Shown here in pieces: positions 46,441 through 51,391 of a stretch of 51,391 bases of DNA (positions are counted from its first letter, which is position 1; the number at the start of each line of letters is the position of its first letter). The position numbers and the translations under genes are program-made. The DNA comes from Octopus bimaculoides. Lineage: Eukaryota. The notes below the pieces were generated by a model, which saw only the letters and a list, made by a program, of their open reading frames with translations, did not search any database and was not told the origin of the DNA. The stretch lies in contig NC_068982.1 of the NCBI RefSeq assembly GCF_001194135.2, positions 49,703,265 to 49,754,655 of the forward strand, in the 5' to 3' direction.

Positions 46441-47014
46441 TAGGGAGTGACAGGATAACAATGATGCAGTTAGTAGTGGCGAGAAAGAGAGAGAGAGGAC
46501 AGAGAGGTGTTGTGCTGCAGGAGTCAAGGGAGAGATAAGAGATGTAGTTTGGCTCCTGTGTCATACACTTTATCAATACATAATCCCATGGAGACAGCTA
46601 TATAGGAAAAATAACTTAGTTTATTCATAGTTTGATTTCCTGTGTTTGAAAAATAATTTTTTTGCCTTTGTTTATGAAGAGTTTTATAATCGGTTACAAA
46701 TATAAAAGAATTTCCAAGTCTCGTACACTTATAAAGTTTAGCAGGTGGGGAAAACAAACTGAAAAGATGGCATTTCTATTCAATTAATGTAATAGAGGAG
46801 GATGAACTCAGCGCGTTGTTATTATATATTATATATACCAATGTCCAACACAACAGGGTGCCCCACTTCAGTTCAATGTTTACAATAAGAAATAACACTA
46901 TTAATCAAATTACAAATGAATTAATGGCTTATTAATGTAAAATGTAAGAAGGATGAAATGTAAACAAAGAGAAACAGAACTGAGAAAATATTGTTATTAC
47001 TTTTACTTGTGACG

Positions 47015-48195
47015 GTAGCAAGCTGGCAGAATCATTAGAGTGTTTAAAAAAAATGCTAAAAGGTAGTTCTACACACACTTTACCTTCTGAATTCAAATCG
47101 TGCTGAGGTCAATTTTGCCTCTCATCCTTCTTGGGTTAGGGAAAATAAAGTACTCATCACGTACTGAGGTTGATGCTATTGATAAATCCCTCCACTCAAA
47201 ATCGATGGCCTTGTGCATTGTTTTTATCAGTTGTTTTATAAAATTGATGGATGATGGAATTGTTAGAGTCACACACAAAATGTCTTGCGGTGATCTCGTT
47301 CTATCCCTTTTTGTACTGAATTCAAATCAAGCATTAGGCAACCGTTTTATTCTTCTTTATCTTACAGGAATTTGGAAAAAATAAATAACAGTGAAATATC
47401 AAGATTTCTCAAACTGACAACACTGCCTTTCCATCTTGCCAAATCTATGACTTCATTCTATCATAAGAAATCAAATTTGTTTCTGCATATACATCAGGAT
47501 GGCAGGGTGGGCTAAGATGTCAGGTTTAAGTTCCGGTTTAAGAACATGAACTTAGGTTCAGCCCTCACTCCTGATGGCAAGTAGTTCAAGATGACAACAG
47601 CCTACTTGCTAAGATTAGTAAAAGAATAAAAGAATGTTTGGTTTACTTTATTCTGATTCTTGACATTTGTCATTACAAATCCCTTCACATTTCCTCTTCT
47701 CTGAAAATGCTATCACACACACACTCCATGATGAAAGCATGTAATGAAATATTGATTCATCTGGCACCAAAGCAGCATGTCAAAGAACAAATATAACTAC
47801 CTACTTATTTCCAAAGGTTCTTAGATTCTGTATAAATCAAACGGGAATATGAAAGTTAGGTTACTTGGATAAAATATCATCTAGGTAATTAATCGCACTA
47901 TATTTTGGTTAACTGGAAAGAATGGTAAAAATATAAGTAAACACATAATAGTTTTTGCCACTATTACTTAAATGTAAGGTAGCTGGCTGGTAGAATTGTT
48001 AGCATGCTGGTCAAAATGCTCAGTAGCATTTCTTTTGGTTTAATTTTCTGAATTCAAATTCTGCAGAGGTCGACTTCACCTTTTGTCTTTTTGGAGTCAA
48101 TAAAATAAAATACCAGTTGAACACTGGGGTCATTGTAATCAACTAATTCTCGTCCCACAACATTTCAAATGTTGTGCCTAGAGTAGAAAGAATTA
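47015..48195 (+). mobile_element. SINE B copies (~47015-47215, partial ~47240-47340, ~47975-48195)
   Basis: GCTGGCAGAATCATTAG / CTGGTAGAATTGTTAGC heads and TTCTGAATTCAAAT boxes. Confidence 0.7.
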
Positions 48196-48874
48196 TTACT
48201 TAAGCATACTGGGAAGTTTGACAGGTGACTGTTGGTGCTGCCACCTATGGTTGCTTTGAGAGGAAAAGACAGGGAGAAAGAGAGTTTGCTGAGAAATAGA
48301 AGGGAGGGAAAATTTTTCCTCAAGGGGAGAGAACCACTCAGGGCTTATGATCTTTTTATTTTTAGCTTCTTATGCAAGGTCATTTTCTTATGAGTGAGAG
48401 AACACATGAAATAATATTTTTACCAGTAATTTCATTATAGTGACTTCAATAAATATAGTATCTCAAATAAGAGTATTTGTTGAAAGCTTTCTAAACACAA
48501 CCCTACATTTAATGACCCCCTTTTAAGCTGTTTCTCAAAACCTTTATTGTTGTTGCCATTTATTAAGATGTGGGGGACACATTTCAATGTTAAGTTTGTG
48601 TGAATCTGTCATGACAATTTGGTTATTTCTTTTCTGAACTTCAAATACTTTTCAGTTTACCTATATTTTTCAGTCCTGATTTTACCTTAGATATTCCCAT
48701 TCTATTCCAATGCACCTAATATTTTCCTATTTAACTCTTTTGCATCCTGTCACTTATTTTGGCCCTTTTCCTTTAAGGCTGTCATTCTTTCAAGTCTTTG
48801 TTCCCTATTCTTGGCCTCTAGCCTTTGCATATAAAGATCGCTTCATAAGTTCTCATTGCAAATTTCTACCTTAC

Positions 48875-48931
48875 GAAGATTTTGTTCACCATCCATGTCA
48901 TGCAGGTTACAAACACTACACTTAAAAGAAT
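48875..48931 (-). CDS. Candidate 57-nt exon (or from 48945, 71 nt)
   Basis: (D)SFKCSVCNLHDMDGEQNL, donor TTC|GTAAGG; phase-1 start fits exon 49823-49937. The frame continues with few stops past the donor, so a decayed TE is possible. Confidence 0.3.
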
Positions 48932-49822
48932 CTGCCTTCAAATAACTAGAAATAATTATTTACTCACAAAAGATCATTAACAATACATTCAACTATATCT
49001 TTCAGTAGCACTGATAATGTCACTTAACAGAACTACAGCTCATATATATATATTCAAATTTTCAGTTCTGAATAAAATTACAGAGTGTTATACAGGCCTG
49101 CAGTTATTCTATCTAAAATTCTATTACACTGACACAGCAACAGTATTACAACCTATAATATTTCATATTATTTTCATAACATGCAGCTATGGCCAATTGT
49201 CTATGAAGTTTGCCTGGCAACCAAGTGGCTTCTGGTTCAACTCCACTATGGGGCCTCTTGGATATGTGTCTTTTATGTCCCAAAGCTGGCAAAAGTCATG
49301 AGTAAATGTGGTAGACAGAAACTAAAATGAAACATGTCACATACATGTGTGTGTGTGTGTGTGTATGTGCATGCATATGTATGCATGTATATACATATAC
49401 ATGTGTGTATATGCGTATGCAAATGCATATGTACATGTGTGTTTGTGTATGCATATGTATGTATATGCATATGTATGTAAATCGTTTACTTGGTATCACC
49501 TGTGATATCACCAGTGACAGAGAGAGTATCTGACTGAAGAAAATTTGCCTCCATGAATTTAATTTGACCTATGCAAGCATGGAAAAGTATATGCTGAAAC
49601 AAAATGAAATGATTATTTTTCAAAGCACACAGCCTATTCTGCAATTGTTAAACTACCATTTCAAAGTTATAGAGAAATCACAAAGTTATATTCATGTATT
49701 ATTAGCTATTGTGGCTTCTGCACTGAAGCATGGTTTGTGTAGCTTCAAAACTTACAATCACTGTTGTTTAATATTATTGAAAAAAATATTATTTGTTGTA
49801 TGTGTGTAGTAGGTGAGTGTAC

Positions 49823-49937
49823 CATATTCATTCTGGTCTTCTGCAGAATAATGTTTGAAAAATGTTTTCCCCTTCAATTCCGGTGTCTTTGGGGACTTAT
49901 GCTGAAAAATATCAATTTCCAATCGAAATTTGTCTGA
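49823..49937 (-). CDS. Candidate internal coding exon of unidentified host gene
   Basis: Long pyrimidine tract and TTTCAG acceptor; 115 nt; SDKFRLEIDIFQHKSPKTPELKGKTFFKHYSAEDQNEY; donor ATG|GTACAC is modest. Confidence 0.55.
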
Positions 49938-50514
49938 CTGAAATTTCAAACATAAAAAAGAAAAAAAAACAACCTATTCTCAATTAAACACATATGTACA
50001 CATGTATATTCATACATGCACGCACATATTGACTGCTGAAACATCAAAAGTAAGTGAAAGTACTTTAAAGTTATTTAATTTATTTTCTGCCTCACACTGA
50101 AAGTACATACATACATGCATACGCACATACACACACAAAAATACACACATACATACATTATATGTATATGTTTGTGTGTGAGTATATATATGTCCCACTA
50201 AATTGTACATTTATATTTGTTTATATTATATTTTTTTCACTGAGTTTAGAGGTAGAATAAATGAAGAATCTCACAATTTCAACTCCATTTAGGGACAAAA
50301 ATTTTCAAGAGATTTTCTCAGTGATATTATTCACATGTGAACCACAGTAACTAAACTGTGATCAGTAAAGTGCATACTTTCACATTCTTTGGAATAAGTC
50401 AGATGTACAATTAACTTTTGATATACATAGCAATTGCTGGTACTTTTTGTGGTGCAGGCTCAGTAATTTAATAGCAAATTTGATTGAAAAGTCTTATAAA
50501 TACATATATATATA

Positions 50515-51391
50515 TCATCATCATCATCATTATCATCGTTTAACGTCCGCTTTCCATGCTAGCATGGGTTGGACGATTTGACTGAGGACTGGTGAAACCG
50601 GATGGCAACACCAGGCTCCAATCTAATTTGGCAGAGTTTCTACAGCTGGATGCTCTTCCTAACGCCAACCACTCAGAGAGTGTAGTGGGTGCTTTTACGT
50701 GTCACCCGCACGAAGACCAGTCAGGCGGTACTGGCAACAGCCACGCTCAAAATGGTGCATCTTATGTGCCACCTGCACAAGAGTCAGTCCAGGGGCACTG
50801 GTAACGATCTCACTTGGCTTGCCGGGTCTTCTCACGCACAGCACATTTCCAAAGGTCTTGGTCAGTAGTCATCGCCTCGGTGAGGCCCAATGTTCGAAGG
50901 TCTTGCGTCAGCCCAGGTCTTCCTGGGCCTACCTCTTCCACGGGTTCCCTCAACTGTTAGGGTGTGGCACTTTTTCACGCAACTATCCTCATCCATTCTC
51001 ACCAAATGTCCATACCAGTGCAATCGTCTCTATTGCACACCCCAACTGATGCTTCTAATGTTCAGCTTTTCTCTCAAGATACTTACACTCTGACGGGTAT
51101 GCACACTGACATTACACATCCAACGGAGCATACTGGCTTCATTCCTTGCGAGCTTACGCATGTCCTCAGCAGTTACAGCCCATGTTTCACTGCCATGTAG
51201 CATGGCTGTTCGTACACATGCGTCATACAGTCTGCCTTTTACTCTGAGTGAGAGTCCCTTTGTCGCCAGCAGAGGTAAGAGCTCTCTAAACTTTGCCCAG
51301 GCTATTCTTATTCTAGCAGCTACACTTTCAGCGCACCCACCCCCACTACTAACTTGGTCACCCAGATAGCGGAAGCTATCGACTACCTCTA
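50515..51391 (-). mobile_element. RTE LINE 3' portion, continues beyond the window
   Basis: - strand LEVVDSFRYLGDQVSSGGGCAESVAARIRIAWAKFRELLPLLATKGLSLRVKGRLYDACVRTAMLHGSETW..RGRGRPRKTW (one stop), 3' UTR and (GAT)n tail. Confidence 0.95.

Noticed and set aside
46524-46758. 77-aa minus-strand ORF after a TCTTTTCAG acceptor
   Set aside because: No convincing donor, ends in a GA microsatellite, peptide unrecognisable.
47368-47510. Plus-strand exon NLEKINNSEISRFLKLTTLPF.. after a strong acceptor
   Set aside because: Weak donor and no other supported plus-strand exon.

Overview
AT-rich eukaryotic genomic DNA from a draft assembly with N-gaps and dense (TA)n/(CA)n/(GAT)n microsatellites. The repeat repertoire looks like octopus or another coleoid cephalopod (inference from recall, not a search). 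Most of the window is transposon debris: several tRNA-derived SINE families, RTE LINE pieces, four mariner relics, hAT/MULE/piggyBac-type MITEs, an R4/Dong-like LINE end and a Penelope-like element. A few splice-bounded exons of an unidentified minus-strand host gene lie between them (best: 17908-18080, 49823-49937, 10564-10660). Most supplied ORFs are artefacts of microsatellites, N-runs or antisense repeat frames. No CRISPR, rRNA or genuine tRNA gene was seen. The most notable items are (1) a TSD-bounded RTE insertion (11311-13254) with a 5' inversion that fits twin priming of an internally deleted, PHD-finger-bearing template; (2) an apparently RT-less Penelope-like element with a degenerate minimal hammerhead ribozyme on the opposite strand (28998-30170); (3) head/tail-swapped SINE families that repeatedly insert into other SINEs. 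I see no clearly new biological system. SINE family letters A-H are my own labels, and coordinates of old repeats are approximate.
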